The notes below the pieces were generated by a model that saw only the letters and a program-made list of their open reading frames with translations, ran no database searches and was not told the origin of the DNA. Shown piece after piece: positions 1 to 14,600 of a stretch of DNA of 64,000 nucleotides (the stretch's first letter is position 1; every line of letters begins with the position of its first letter). The stretch spans positions 17,980,001-18,044,000 of the forward strand of contig CM022671.1 of assembly GCA_012295275.1 (NCBI GenBank). Direction: 5' to 3'. The DNA is from Chrysomallon squamiferum (lineage: Eukaryota; Animalia; Mollusca). The position numbers were made by a program, and so were the translations under genes.

Positions 1-244
1 GTATCTGCTGCTGCTAATATCCCTTTCAGTCTGGGGCCTACTGTGAAACTAGCTACGAAAAGCCAATACTGTGGAACAGATCAACTCTTATTGCCACAGT
101 GTCTGCTGTTATAATTGTTCATTAAACTTTTATTGGTCAATAGAAAATCCTTTCATCCCTACTGTTATACATACATGCAATTGACACGTTCTGGTTCAGG
201 TGAAATGAGAGTCAGAATTCATAATGGGAAAGACTCATGATGGT

Positions 245-245
<1 letters not shown>

Positions 246-287
<42 letters not shown>

Positions 288-396
288 TTTGTTTCTTACT
301 TACTTACTTACTTACTTATCAGTTTATTTATTTATTTAAATTATTTATTTATTTATTTTACTTTATTGTATTACAGCTGAATTTAATATCACTGTC

Positions 397-456
<60 letters not shown>

Positions 457-457
457 T
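246..457. repeat. (TTTA)n/(TTAC)n and (GT)n microsatellites
   Basis: Directly visible; they explain the spurious 224..517 ORF. Confidence 0.95.
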
Positions 458-834
458 GATTTTATGAATTTTAGCATGAAGCTAGATATGCAAAATGTGA
501 AAGCTCACACAAACTGATGGTATCAGTAGAAACCAATAATTCTCCATGTATATTCATTGTTATTTTATTTTGTTTTTTTGTGTGTTTTTTTTTTTTCATT
601 CAGGCCTTTAGATTCAATACATCTGGTATCAGTGAAACAATCAGATACAAACATCTGTGACATAGAAACATAGTAAAGTTATTTTTAACAATCAATGATG
701 AAACAATGATGAAAGAGAAAAAAAAAAAAATAAATACAAAATAAGAATATAAAAAAATATATATATATATAAAAAAAAAATAATAATAATAATAATAAAG
801 TGGTAATAATAATAAACATGACTGGAATAACTAC

Positions 835-1295
835 TGTTTAATAGATGTTGCAAAAGAAACTTTCAGGTGAGAGTTTCATTTTTCATCATGTTTTTAAACA
901 CTGGAACTAAGCCAATCACAACAAAATCAAGTTAAACTGAAAAAAAAAGAAAAAAAAAAGAAAAAGAAAGTTCCTAATGTTTAATAGCTATTTGAAAACA
1001 AACTCTAGGGTATAAGTCATGTTATTCATCATGTGAATATAAACACTGAATCACAGACCCAATCACTACAAAATAATGTAAAACTGGGGGAAAAAAAATT
1101 AAAAAAAGATTAAAAAAGAACTGACTCAGGCAACAAAGCTCAACATTTATTTGAAAACAAATTCTTCAGGGGAAAGTCACATTATTCTTTGGTCTTCGCT
1201 GGTCCACAAAACCTAATGTGTGATAGATGTCTAAAAACAAACTCTTGAGTTAAAGTGGTATTATTCATCCTGACTTGTATAAACACTGTGAATCA
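835..1295 (+). repeat. degenerate tandem repeat, about 4 partial copies
   Basis: Recurring blocks aaaacaaactct..agtcat..ttattcatcatg..taaacactg..caatcac.acaaaat..aaactg. Confidence 0.6.
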
Positions 1296-1429
1296 CTGAC
1301 AAGATTATAATGTCATGTAAGACTGTGCTGATCCACCCATTAGATTACAAAACAATGTTTTATTACACAGGGCGTTATGTAACCTTCAATAAATGATACA
1401 CCCATTATGTCGTATCTGAGTAGCCTATG

Positions 1430-1432
<3 letters not shown>

Positions 1433-1480
<48 letters not shown>
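1433..1480. repeat. (GT)n microsatellite
   Basis: Directly visible. Confidence 0.95.
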
Positions 1481-1483
<3 letters not shown>

Positions 1484-1529
1484 ATATATACAGGACTATA
1501 TATATATTTTGAGGGACAGATTAGATAGG

Positions 1530-1900
1530 TTGCAGGATTGTTCCTCCTTGGAGCATTTATAAAGCTATCAACAACTCTAGCCAGTGCTAAGTTGTTATAT
1601 TTAGCTTATAAAAGATTGTGACAGATGCCTTGCTGCTTAGGTTAAGATAGATGTAAAAGATCTCTTGCTGTTGATACATTAAATCAAAAAGAATGACTAA
1701 TGCTGTGCTGAGCTATTAATTTACTATGGGGAGTTGCATATGTAAAAGAGAGTTAGAGAGAAAAGCTAATTAAAAAAGAATAACTTATGCAGTACTAGCA
1801 GCAGATTTCCTATCTCAAATCACCATTTTCAAGAAATATATACAACTGATATCTAATTGTAATTAATCATTAAAATTAAAATATGCTGACATATTATTAA
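1530..1900 (+). mobile_element. decayed SINE-like interspersed repeat
   Basis: The segments taaaagatctcttgctg and tagcagcagatttcct recur in related form at about 31130-31380 and 57430-57530, and inverted at about 7740-7855 and 12510-12650. Family assignment is inference. Confidence 0.4.
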
Positions 1901-2154
1901 TAATATTCAGATCAGGTTATGAAACAGAATACTAAAATCTAGATGCAAATTATAATGCATTATATTAGAGTATTCTGCTTAGCACTGGATCTAATGTAAG
2001 GTTAAAATATCATTCTGTTTAAAGTAAATTACATTATGCTACACATATAACCGTTCTAGTATTAAATAACCATACAATACAGCTGAAACAAGTTAAATGA
2101 AAATAAATCATCCACACAAAAGAATAAATTATACAGAAACTGATATTAAATCAA

Positions 2155-2390
2155 GTGAAAATAAAATGATCTACATATTTATGTTACAGGGTGCATAGAG
2201 CTGATTAAATTAAAATAAAATAATCTACATATTTATGTTACAGTGATGTATCTATTAAACTAGCTTTAGATTAGATATATAGATCCGATTAAATTAAAAC
2301 AAAATAATCTGCATATTTATGTTACACTGATGTATATTTTGAACTAGTTTTTGTGATTAGATATATGTTTGTTTAAATTTAAAATAAAAC
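2155..2390 (+). repeat. minisatellite-like tandem repeat, 3 copies of core aaaataatctacatatttatgttaca
   Basis: Core seen at about 2163, 2217 and 2301 with variable spacers. Confidence 0.8.
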
Positions 2391-3649
2391 TCTTAAGAAA
2401 ATATAACACTGTGTTCATAAAGAGTTAGTTTCTGATGTTAAATCCAGTAAATCGTCTGTTTGAAAAATCCCACTCAAAAATAATAATTAATAAATATTCT
2501 ATTTTGCCAATTCAGAGACTGCTTCGTGACAGGCAATTTTCTTCAAATGTGTAAGTTTGTAGAATGACACATCTTACTTGCTTCTATTGGTCTTATTCCA
2601 AATCCAAAGTTAGCAAAGGTTATGGTATGTACTGGGCTGGAACAAAAATCTGTTAATGTTTTTCAGTAGGTGACATTCGAGCACATGATTTCATTTCACA
2701 CCTGACTGAAATACATGACATATGTATATATATTCTGAAAGGTAGGAACCAAATTACAGATACGTAGCTGAATAAATCTATGTAGAAATATTGCTGTGAA
2801 TGTCCCTTAAGAAATGCTACCCACTTTTGTTCCAGTACTTTCCCTGATTATGAGAAGGTACATATTATATTTGATATTTTGCTAAATAAAAATATTTATT
2901 ATATTCAGCCACCAAACCCAACAAAAGAGTAAATTATTTTTATTAAAATGTAATTTGTAGCATACAGCTGGAAGTAATTTTAAATAGAGATATGCTTTCT
3001 ATCCATTGTTACAGAGTATGAGGTTAGGCTTGTGACAATAATAACCTTAAACAGAAATGTTTTAGTTTTTTATTGTTTTTTCTATTATTTTTAAAAGAAT
3101 GGTAAGATTAATTATAAAACTGACAGGAATGACTTTTGAAAAATAATATAAAATTTTGTATTTTGATTATTTATAGCAAAAATGGCACAAAACAAATAAT
3201 AACAAAAAAAATAAAAAAATAAATAGAATACAAACTAATTTTTTTCTTCTTCTTATTTTAATTTATTTTATTTTTTTTTTATAACCTGGAAATTAGAATT
3301 CTTTAATCTCTGGGTGTTTTATTATTTTTTTTAAACTTCTTCACAAGACATTTATAAATAGATTTTTTCAAAGGTACACAAACCTTTGATAATTTATTAC
3401 TCATACTGTCTAATGTAGAGAGGGGTAGTTTTATTCAAATGCAAATTCCTTAAACATGAGACAACCTGCACAAGCTTGAAATAGTTTTAAAGTCCAAATG
3501 TAAAAACATATTGACTGAAAATCAAAAAAAAAAAAAAACAAGAAATAAAAAGAAATATAAATCTTATAAGCTGACAATACTGTATCAGAAATGTATTTTA
3601 AAACTCTTTTGGGACATAAATAAAAATCATTTGAATAAAACTATACAAG

Positions 3650-4776
3650 TCCACAGGTTTTTATTGTCATAAAAAAAAAAATAATAATAATAAAAATAGA
3701 AATAAAAAGAATTGTCCTCAAATGATGCCTAAACATTAATGCGTTCCATTTTTATTCTTTCTGTAATCCTCTTGAAAAGTATATTCACTTACGTGTTTTT
3801 TTCTGAGCAGCACATTTCAAGGAAGAGATTTTTAGTTTTGTTTTGTTTAGTATGATTTTTGTTTTGAATAAATCTACTTAGCATAGGCATTTATCTAATT
3901 TGAGCACTTTACAAGTTTAGTATTTCCTAGACTGTTTATGGGTGTGTGCCTGTTGATTTGTGCTGCTGTAGGATTATTTGAAAATAAAAAGCTTACAATA
4001 TGAAAAGTTGTTAAATGTAATTCTTCTGCTATTAAAGCACAAACAGTCTCATAATCAACCAGAAATTTACTAACCATTAGACATTTTTTTAAATCTTTTT
4101 TGATTTTGTACGTAAAAGTTTACTATTACTGTATTTTTCAGAATTAACATTTTTTATTTTATTATTATTATTATTATTTTATTTAATTATTTATTATTAT
4201 TTTTATTTTATTTAATTATTTTTTTTATTTTTTTATTTTTTTTATGCTATTTGATAATGTATATAAAATCACATTACAGAATTCTAGTCCTACTGTCAAA
4301 AATAAAAATCATATTAATTTATGGATTATTTAAATTTAATTATTGTAAAATTATATTAAAACTAAAAATAATTTGGATTCATGATATTTGTAAAATATTT
4401 TTAATGTAATTTATATTCCATTGTAAGATGGTTTTTAAAAAATAATATAATTAAAATTGAAAAAAAAAAATTTGTTTCATCTTTCATATATTACACTTGA
4501 ACTTCTTTATTTTATGGCTTCAAAGTACGAGTTCAAAATACATCAACACCTATTGAAATCCACAGGTTTTTAATATCATAAAAAAAATATGCATTCATCA
4601 TCCTCAAATGCTGCCTTTGAAGAAATTAATTTATATCATTTTAATTCCTTCTGTAATTGTCTTGAAAATTTCACGTTCACTTACAGGCTTCTTTTTTTTT
4701 TGTACAGTACAATTTAAGGCAAAGATTTTTATTTTTGTTTTAGTGTGATTTTGTTTTTGTTTGGAGTAAATTTATA
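3650..4776 (+). repeat. diverged direct duplication of about 220 bp (3650-3877 and 4559-4776)
   Basis: Shared blocks in the same order: tccacaggttttta, tcctcaaatg.tgcct, ttctgtaat..tcttgaaaa, ttcacttac, agattttta. Confidence 0.75.
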
Positions 4777-5167
4777 TAAAAAATATCTTCAAAGTGAATA
4801 TCATGACAACCAGAAATGCAATAAACTGAAAACAAAAGAAAAAGAAAAAGAAAAAAACACAATAAATTTTTCGCAAGTTTTAAAAGAAAACATGCAACAG
4901 CCATTAGTTAGCTTTGAAAAATGGAAGTAAAAATGGCTCAAGATCAAAGATTTATGTTTATGAATTATGAAAAAAAAAAAAAGTGTTACATGATGTAAAA
5001 AAGAACAATGAAAAGTGACAAATGTTAAATGTGCATGTAACTATGGAATCCATCTGTCAAATTTAATACACTGCACATAAATCTTCAACAAATAAAATTA
5101 GTGTTGTGTCATTTTATCTTTAGTATTTTGCTTTTGTTGTGGTTTTTATTTGTGACATATGACAGTA

Positions 5168-5199
<32 letters not shown>

Positions 5200-6027
5200 A
5201 ATAATTAATTAATTAATTAATAGTTAAAATAAAAATGAACAATAATGAGAAATACTAATTATATTTCATCATTATAATGCATTCTCTAATTTTTCCTTCT
5301 CTATATTTTTCATTTGAAACATTTAAGAACAACAATTAATTTTGTAAATAACAAAAAAAAAAACATTAAACATTAACAACAATGATTATTAAAACAAAAC
5401 AACAACAATAATTTGTTTTACTTTTTTAAATATTAATTTATAGTGACACCTTTTAATGATAAAAGTTGTTAAAATACAATGGCATTTAACATTTTAAAAA
5501 TTACATTAATCAATGTTATCTTTAATGGACCATAAATAACTAAAACATTAATGTAAAATTTGTGTTAAAATATTTCACTTTATTAATTTTTTTTAATTAA
5601 ATAATAAAAATATCAGAAAAACAATTAATTCGGAAAACAGTAACTTTAAGAAGAAAACACAACAAAAACAAGTAGAATAACAAAAATATAAAAAAATAAG
5701 AAGAAAAAAGAAGAAAATGAAACTATATGAAGAACAAGAACAAACATAAAATTAAGAAATTAAGAAGAAAAATAATTTTATCAGAAAACATCAAAAAGAG
5801 ATTGATTTATTATTTGGTTAACAATATCCAAGCATAAATAAACAAACAAAAAATCCCACAAAAATAAAAACAATCAGTTATTAGTGGTCATTTAATGGTC
5901 ATAATGATGACAACAAAGAGAATATTTTAAACTAAATCAGTATTAATAGCAAATAACACAAAAAGTAAGAAATAACAAGACAATCACGAAGAAAAATCAT
6001 GAGCTGAAAAAAATAAATTTAATTATT

Positions 6028-6061
<34 letters not shown>

Positions 6062-8566
6062 TCAGTAGAGTGCTATTGAAATATGACACCAATCTTGTCC
6101 TTTCAAATACTTCACATTCTGGCCTGGAAATTATTTGAGAAGTGATATTGGTTGTGAAAACAAATTATTGCTATTTAATGTTTTCCATCTGTAATTAAAT
6201 TAACTTATAACATAAATAAAAAATATTCTGAGATAATCATTTAGCCCCAGGGGAGTTATTTCACTTGAATGTTTATTGATATTAAAAACAAGATATCAAA
6301 TATTTGACCATTTAATGACCCCCCACAGGAGATAACCTTTATTCAAAAATGACTTTAGGTGTTAATATTAAAAGTGAAACAGTGTAAACATTTTTTTTTT
6401 TTTTCATGCATGTATAAAATATTTCATTTTATAAAAAAAAATATATCAAGTTTTGATATGTTATTGTAATAAATATTTCTTAACACCATTTTATGTGTTG
6501 ATATTAAGAAATAATAAAGTGTAAATGTGTTTCTGTTTAAAAATGTATTATCTATAAATATTTTATAAGTAAAGATTTCTAATTTTGGTTTCACACCATA
6601 TTTGATAAGGAGAAAAGAAAGAAATATTTTATTTAAAATTTCTGTCAGTGCATTTTCAATCTGTGTAATAAGATGTCATAATATTTATGGACGAAAACCA
6701 TACAGATAATGACAGAGGGAAATAAATATTTAATAAATTAAGATTTCAAGGTTTCATGTTTTTCTTTACAACATAGGTGAAAAAACTCAGCAAATCATTT
6801 GCAATTAAAGATATGTGCTGACGATAAAGCATCAGTTAATACATAATTATTTACATGTTATTGATTTAGCATATACATTACAAATTTCCTTACTTATAAA
6901 TAAAGCCAATAATTTACAATCTGTCCTCAGTGATTTCAGATAAGGGATAACAGATCTGAAGATGTACACTTTTCTCTGATATATTAAAAGTTATTAAACT
7001 GCATGCCCTCAGAATCTTGGTTACCTGTTGCCACATCTGCCGACATCACAGACTTAAAATCCATCATTAAACTGATATGCCGCCCACATGCTCTGTGGCA
7101 TAAAGGAATTTTCCAAAACACTTTGCCAACACATTCTTTATTCATTTTGCAGATAAAAAATGCAAGGTGAAACCATAAAATCTAATACCTAAGGAGGAAA
7201 AAAACAGGTAGAAACATGTCTGGTTAGATGTGAAGATTGCTTTCAATAGGAATGAACTGATGCATTTGGCAGTCGTTGTGTCAAGTACAGACAATTTGTT
7301 CATCAGTTTCAAGGCGTTTTACCAAGTACCGTAACCTTTCACAAAAGACAGAAGTAAACTTGTTATCAAACTCATTTGTTTAAAATACATACCTGACATA
7401 AACTGATGCTGTTTACAGAAAACTTCCAAGCACTTTGGAAATGTATATTAATAAAGAGAAAAAATGTAAACAAAAAACAAATAAAAATAGAAATAAAAAT
7501 AAAAATAAAAATAGAAGTGAGCTGTATAGTGACTGCAGCATGAAAATCTATAAACTGTGAAAGAATGAATTTATTAATAATTGTTATTAGCATGTCAGAC
7601 ATATGGATTTGGCATAATGATGAAACAAGAACCGAAACAAACCATCATCACTTCCTATTAACTAGATTAAGATTTTTTTTACACATAATCACATGTATAT
7701 AAATGAAGAAACCAACTACATCTCAACAACTATGTTTAATAGCAATAGATCTTTAATAAGCATTTTGCCAAAGAAATGAATATATGTACATGTAACTGGC
7801 TTTGAAAAATCAATCAGATAATACTAGTTAGAATGGGAAATTACCTAAAGGGCACATTTGAAAAAGACATAATCAGTATTCAGAACAGTATATACTGCTG
7901 GATTCAGAGGGGTAAAGCAGATAATATAAACCCAAACAGTGCAGTTATGTGTAGAATTTATTTTTTTCACATGTGCTTATTTATCTGTTTGGCTGCATTT
8001 GATTAAAACCTGTATTTTTGAATTAGTTTTTCAAAAGCACTGTCACATGTTTTCCTGTCTTTGGAATTGATCTTATAAACTATCATGCTCTGGGCTATTT
8101 TCCAACTGATGAACTGCAGCCCTCTCCCTTGAATCTCTGAGGCTTCTTATGTATACAAAATGATATTGTGTGTTCTGATAATTGTCATATGAACCAGAAA
8201 CGAAACATCTGCTGTTGAGCCTTTCTCCTGATGTCTTCACCTGATAAAAATCTATTAACTTTGGCCTGAAGAAAGTAACATTACCTCACACATATACACA
8301 CACACAAACACATTCATGCACACACAGAGCTATTACAGATGAGATGAGTTGTCTCACTGTATAGGAGGACAGTGTCAGTGTTGAGTGGAAATTTCCGTAT
8401 TGAAAAACTTCTGACCTGACGTAAATTGAAACAGACTGTATACAGACATAAACTAATATTACACATATCAAATTGTGTGTTGGCATTGCAGCCATTTTAA
8501 TATATGTTTAATTACATCCTGAAACTTTTCAATAAAATGCATGTACACGAACGCTTACACCTTTTT

Positions 8567-8572
<6 letters not shown>

Positions 8573-8612
<40 letters not shown>

Positions 8613-9010
8613 CAAAATACAGCATTGTAAAGAACAGCAGAGCATAGTTTGGTATGGCATTGTCTTCTATACTACCATACAAAATGCATCATAATATATT
8701 GCAGTATGTGACAGTGGAATAAAATGTACAGTATACCATGATGTAACATAGTTTAGTGTAATAAATCACAGAAAGGCAAAACACAGGACAGCGGAGTATA
8801 GCATAGCATGGTACAGTGTAATGTAATAAAATATGAAAAAGGATATCAAGAAATTGTGCTTTTTTGTGCTATGGTGTGATACAGTTTGGAGTGGAATGGT
8901 ATAATATGTGTAAAGTAATGGACACAGTAGTAAGGTATAGAATAACATAGTAAAGTGTATAATATAACATATTTGTAACTTTAGTGCAAAGCATGTCAAA
9001 TGAAGTATAT
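8573..9010. repeat. (GT)n followed by a degenerate 5-mer satellite (atagc/acagt/atggt-like)
   Basis: Visible periodicity; it explains the Y/L-rich 8766..9032 ORF. Confidence 0.6.
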
Positions 9011-11394
9011 TTTTATGTAAGATTCTGACCAAAAAAAGAAGAAGAAAGATTAAAAAAAGTAACCCAAAATCTTCACAAACAAATACTATATAAAAGAAAG
9101 GAATAACAGCATTTGTATTTGGTTGTAAAACAACATCCTATGTTGTGGTTTTGGGAATGATTACTCCAATCATGGATAAACCAGTTTAAGAAGATACCAA
9201 CAACAAAGATACAAAAAGATAAATCAATTACAAAACCTTCAGCAAATACAGAAACAGAAAAGTGACAGAATGTTAATCCACTCCAGTGAAAAAGCCTGCC
9301 TACTTCATATAGATTAATACAACAAAATATTCTCATTGATTTCTGGCAGTTTGTCCATAAGGGTGTAATGGAGGAAACCTTCGTAGAGCAATGTGAAAAA
9401 AGACTGAGCCAACTGACAGCCAATTAACACTTCCTTCTAATGATTTTCTTTTTTCCCCCATCATAAAAATGTAAACAAAACGACCCAATAGTCAACATCA
9501 TGTTTACTGAAGAATATTGCTTCTTAAAAATAGCAAGAAAGGTGCTGAGTCTATTGCGTTATTGTGCCACAACATCGATAACTGGATATTTCATTCATTA
9601 ATATCTCAGTGTCCTTGCATGAATTCTATTAATAGTGTTTTTAATACCTTCGTGGAGAGACCAGAACGCTACAGGAGTAATCTATTAACTAATTCAGTAC
9701 AACAGAACCAACACAATATGCGATACATTATGTGAAATGATCTTTTTGATATGTGTATGAGGATGAGTGCTACATAAACTCAGGTTCAGAAAAAAAAGTT
9801 GTTTTTATAATTGTACGTGTACTGTTTTATTGTAATTAACAAAGTATAAGTGTACTTTTACAGTTTTTATATTCCTTAAAGTAATCAATTATTAGATTAC
9901 AGTACACACAATCTTACATATATGTGCTTTATAATTTGCAGTAATTTGTATCTTAATTTCCCACTAGTTATGTTCACCCCAAAATCAATGTCATTCACCA
10001 ATTTAAGAAGATCAACATTACTGAACATATCACAAGTTGTATATGAATTCACAATCTGTGAAATAATCTTGTTAATACTTCAGTGTATGCATGAATCAAC
10101 AATGATTCTCTGCATAAAAATTTATACATGGTAAAGTAAGTTTAATATATTGTGTGAAATCAGGAAATGATTCACCTGATGAACTTTTAGGTGAACACAG
10201 ATTTAAAAAAAATATATTTATTTTCTACTTTTTTTATTTTTTTTTATTTGTTATTATTAAAAAAATTATTATTAATTTTATTAAAGAAGTAATTCACAAA
10301 TTTTGGAGGTAATGAAAATATGAATATATATGTTCCAAAAGTTTTTATAACAATTATCCATTTATATAAACTGAATCACAAACACAGAGCATTTAAATAA
10401 TTACCAGACATTTAAATGTATGACAAATACTATAGGAAATGGCTTTTTTATTCTGAGCAGTCATGCATTCACAAAGAAACGAACCTATAATAAACCTAGT
10501 TGTATTTTAAAAACATTTAAGGAAGTTATAGAAAGATAAAGAAAAGGCCTGCTAAAAAATATCTTTCTGAAAGGAAACGATATGCCCCTAAGGAAAGAAA
10601 TGAGGAAATTTAACAAACTCGTTAGAGAAATTTCAACAGGTTTTTCTTAATTTCTTCCTTCTCTTTTTTTTTCAGTTTATTTCTTTCATTCATTCTTTAT
10701 TATTATTATTTTTTTATTTTTTTAATACTTTATTATACTTTTTAAATTAATTTAACTTTTTTTTTGTCAATTAAATTTCAAGGTCCTTTAAAACTGTAAA
10801 GTCTGGTTCATCTTCTGAACTCTCAGTCTATGGTATTTTTCTGAACCTCATTAGCAGGTAAACACATTTCAAATGATTAATTAACTGACAGACATTTCTA
10901 AGACAAAATACCAATGGGCTGGTCCCACTTAATTACTGCAACATGCTGATAAGAAAGATGTTCTTAATTGTTTCCGACTTCTGCTAATTACACAGTGCTG
11001 ATATCTCATTATTGTTGTCTTTGTTGTTAGTAATAAACTGCACGATATCCAGCTGTGATTCACTGATAACAGACTATCCATTTCCAAGTAAACAACACAA
11101 TTAGTAATCATATATAAAATTTATTTTTATTTTACAGGTCTTTAAAAGTGTTTTTTTTTTTTTTTTTTTTTAAATTAATGAATATTACCATGTTACTATA
11201 AAACCTTGGGTAGATTCTATTTAATTACAGATAATAAAAAAAAAAAAAAACTGCTGTTAATTACTTCTGACTTCTTACTAATTATTGGGCCCTGCATTGT
11301 ATAATAAACTCTAAGAAACTGAGAATTAAGCACCAAAACTTCATGACAGAGCTGAGATTTACTGATAACAGAAAGTCTGTTTGCTTATTAACAA

Positions 11395-11600
11395 GACAAT
11401 TAGTTAACCAGTAATTACATGAACCAACATTAATTAGCCAGAATATATTATTAACCAACATTACTTGGTCAGTATATATGATTATTATTATTCAGAATTA
11501 GTTAGCCTGTTAATATGATTAACCAATATCAGCCAGTATATATTATTATTATCCAACATTAGTTAGCTAGTATTTGTATGTGTGTGTGTGTGTGTGTGTA
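11395..11600 (+). repeat. degenerate tandem repeat of about 30-35 bp (attagttagccagtatatattattaaccaac), about 6 copies
   Basis: Directly visible. Confidence 0.7.
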
Positions 11601-14600
11601 TTAAAAAATCATCATATAAGATACTGTTGTTAAGATTAATCAAATCAGATTTGTTCTTTTGAAAAATACTTTATAAATTTGTATTTAATTAAGTATTAAA
11701 AACCAAAAATTATAGTAATTCTTCAGACCATTTTGAAACAAAAAATAAAAATATTAATTTAAAAAAATTAAAAATTAAATAAATCTTGATATTCAGTTTT
11801 GCTTCAATGGGGAAAAACAGAAAGAAATGAAAAACAACAAATTAAAATTTTAAATATTTATTATTTCTCAGAATGAATATGATTTACAATCTGAATAGGG
11901 TTTTTTTATTAAAACTCATTATTGACTTTATAATATTTAATGGGTCTGGTTACATTATATTAATTTCTTTATGATAAAACCATTTTTAATTCTTTCAATA
12001 AATAATGAAGAAGATTTATTTCCACTGATCATGTAATAATGTTTGAAAAAATAATAAAAAATAATAAAAAAATCTTTAAGCAACAGAATTACAAAACCTT
12101 TTTATTCTTTAAAAAGGAAAAAATAAATTAAGAATATAAAATACTAATAATAATTATATATATACACACACATATACTAAAATATACATTTATTTTCAAT
12201 TTATTAAATTTATAAAAAAAAATAATAATAATTGTGGGGGGCAAATAATGTGTGTGAATGTGTTTGTGTGTACGTGTGTCTGTGAGTGTCTATACATATT
12301 TAGACAAACTGATATATACTGTTAAATTAAACAACTGATCACACATAATTAAGATATAAAATAAACAAATAAAACAATTTTTAACACTACCCTCATGGTA
12401 TTTTATTAAGAATATTTATCAGCTATCATTATTAGTATATATTAATACACAATTTATAACAGGTGAATATTCTTTGTCTCTATATAACTAGTTAAATCTT
12501 TTCAGTTAAACAGCAAGAATATTTTGCATATACTCATATTTCAATAGACAGAAAAATGTATATCACATACCTTGATAAACCAGTATGGGTTAGTGATATG
12601 AATAGGAAATAGCTTCATGTCAGCTCTGGGATTTGATCCTATAGACTGCAGAGCTTAAGTTGTTGTTTAAATAAAATAAAATGTTCCTTTCACTTATTAT
12701 AATGTTTGAAATGCAAGACATTTCTGCATCATCAGTAACTGAGGTAAAAACACAAAAAAAAAATGCCAGTTATTAAAAGTAAATATATATATTTTACTGT
12801 CAACATTAATTTTATTTTAAATTTATATCTCAGTATTCCTTACTTGTAAAGAAAGCATTTATGCTTTTAAAAGATCGTTTCAGAAATATTTAATGTAATA
12901 TCAACATGCTTTATTGGACTCTTTCCAAGTAAACAAGTTATATTCAACTACAATGTACAAATGGTGGTGCAAAAATAAACGTTATAAACATCAGCTTTGA
13001 TAGACAGACCAACTGCATATCATACTATCATCCTTCATTCTTATTGATATTTAAAAAGAAAAGAAAAAAAAAAAGAAGAAGAAGAAATATTCATGCTAAT
13101 TCTTAGTTTATCAATATATATATATATATATTTATATTTAAAAAAAAGAATTTAAGAAAAAAAAGATTAAATCTTTTCTGATTTAAATTAACTTTTAACC
13201 TTATAAACATGTGTAGATAAATGAAGCATGAAAGTCATTTCCTTTTCCTTTCTTATCATTTATTTTTACATTAAAAAAAATGCTTTACATTTCACATTAA
13301 ATAAATATACTTAGGACCAGATTTTCAACCCTAGATTCTTTTAAACATTTACATCAGTTGAAAATAAAAACCAAAAGATTCATTTAAAAGGAAAAAAAAA
13401 AATAAATTGGCATTGTAATTTTGAAATGTCAACACCTGATACCAATTTATTCAGAAACCATTAAAGCAAAAAAGAAAAAAAGAGAAAAGAATGAAAGAAA
13501 AGAAAAAAAAAAAAGAAAAGAAAAAGAAAAGAAGACAAAATTAGTTGTCGTAGTGTAATTTTACGGTTATTGATTTGTATGATACATCTGAATCTCGCCT
13601 ATAGCTATCAAGATAGGTCTTAGCGATTTTCTTCAGCTTTTCACTATCTTCAATATGACTTGTTAATTTAACGCTGTCTCTGAGTATTCTGAGGTCCAGG
13701 AAAACATTCTTAAACCTTTGTTTAATTTAAGTACAAAAGCAGAATGGTGTATATTGCCCCTAGAGGTTCCACTGGTTAATCCTCTATAAACTTAAATATA
13801 GATATAGAAGTCAAAACCTGGTACTGGCTTCTACCCATAGATGTCAAGACCAATGTAAAAACAACAACAACTTCAATTTTAGTTACTATTTTAAAAATAC
13901 TTACAATATCAATAGCTCATGGACTGTATGTCAAAAACTGGTAATACAAAATGTTCACATATGAAGCAATGCACATATGCATGCATGCATATATACATAC
14001 ATACACACAAGCATGCCAAAAATAAAAAATACCTAAATGCTCATGAACAGCACAGTATAATAAACTGACACCATAAGTTACAAAACTATATGCTTTTAGA
14101 AACTTTACATTAATTTATACACTGACATTTGTTATTGTTTTGTTTTTCTAAATGTAAACAAGATTTTGTTACATAAGAAAAGTTTATCTGTAGTGAACGT
14201 AGGTGTGTGTGTATATGTAAATAATTAGCCTGGTGGGATTTCTCTTTTAACAAACTGATATTTTTTGTTAGGTAAACAAAGCTTCAGCAATAATTAACAA
14301 CCTGCAGATATGTATATCATACACATGATTTAATTATTACACACAACTGGAGACATTGTGTCTGATACATGATACACTGCTTGAATACAGAACTTATTTT
14401 ATTACACACAGTTATTGTAACATACACAAACGTATATAAACACACACACACTCACTCACTCACACAATTACATACATTTTCTGCAAAATCTCAGACAAAT
14501 CCAAATACATTGAAACTGTCACATGAAACATATACACATTGAATAAATCTAAAAGTCTAATTATGTATGTGTGTTTGTGTGTATGCATATGTGTGTGTGT

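Noticed and set aside
224-517. 97-aa ORF and similar F/I/Y/L- or CV-rich ORFs (15688, 44587, 52667, 61228)
   Set aside because: Translations of microsatellites and AT-rich low-complexity DNA.
8075-8265. Minus-strand acceptor followed by a frame of about 63 codons, as RXYLT1 exon 2
   Set aside because: Wrong phase for the 16972 donor and no resemblance to RXYLT1.
9073-9423. 116-aa minus-strand ORF
   Set aside because: No recognisable motif or splice support; likely a chance ORF.
10783-10857. Plus-strand AG...GT segment with an open frame
   Set aside because: Short, no partner exons, expected by chance.
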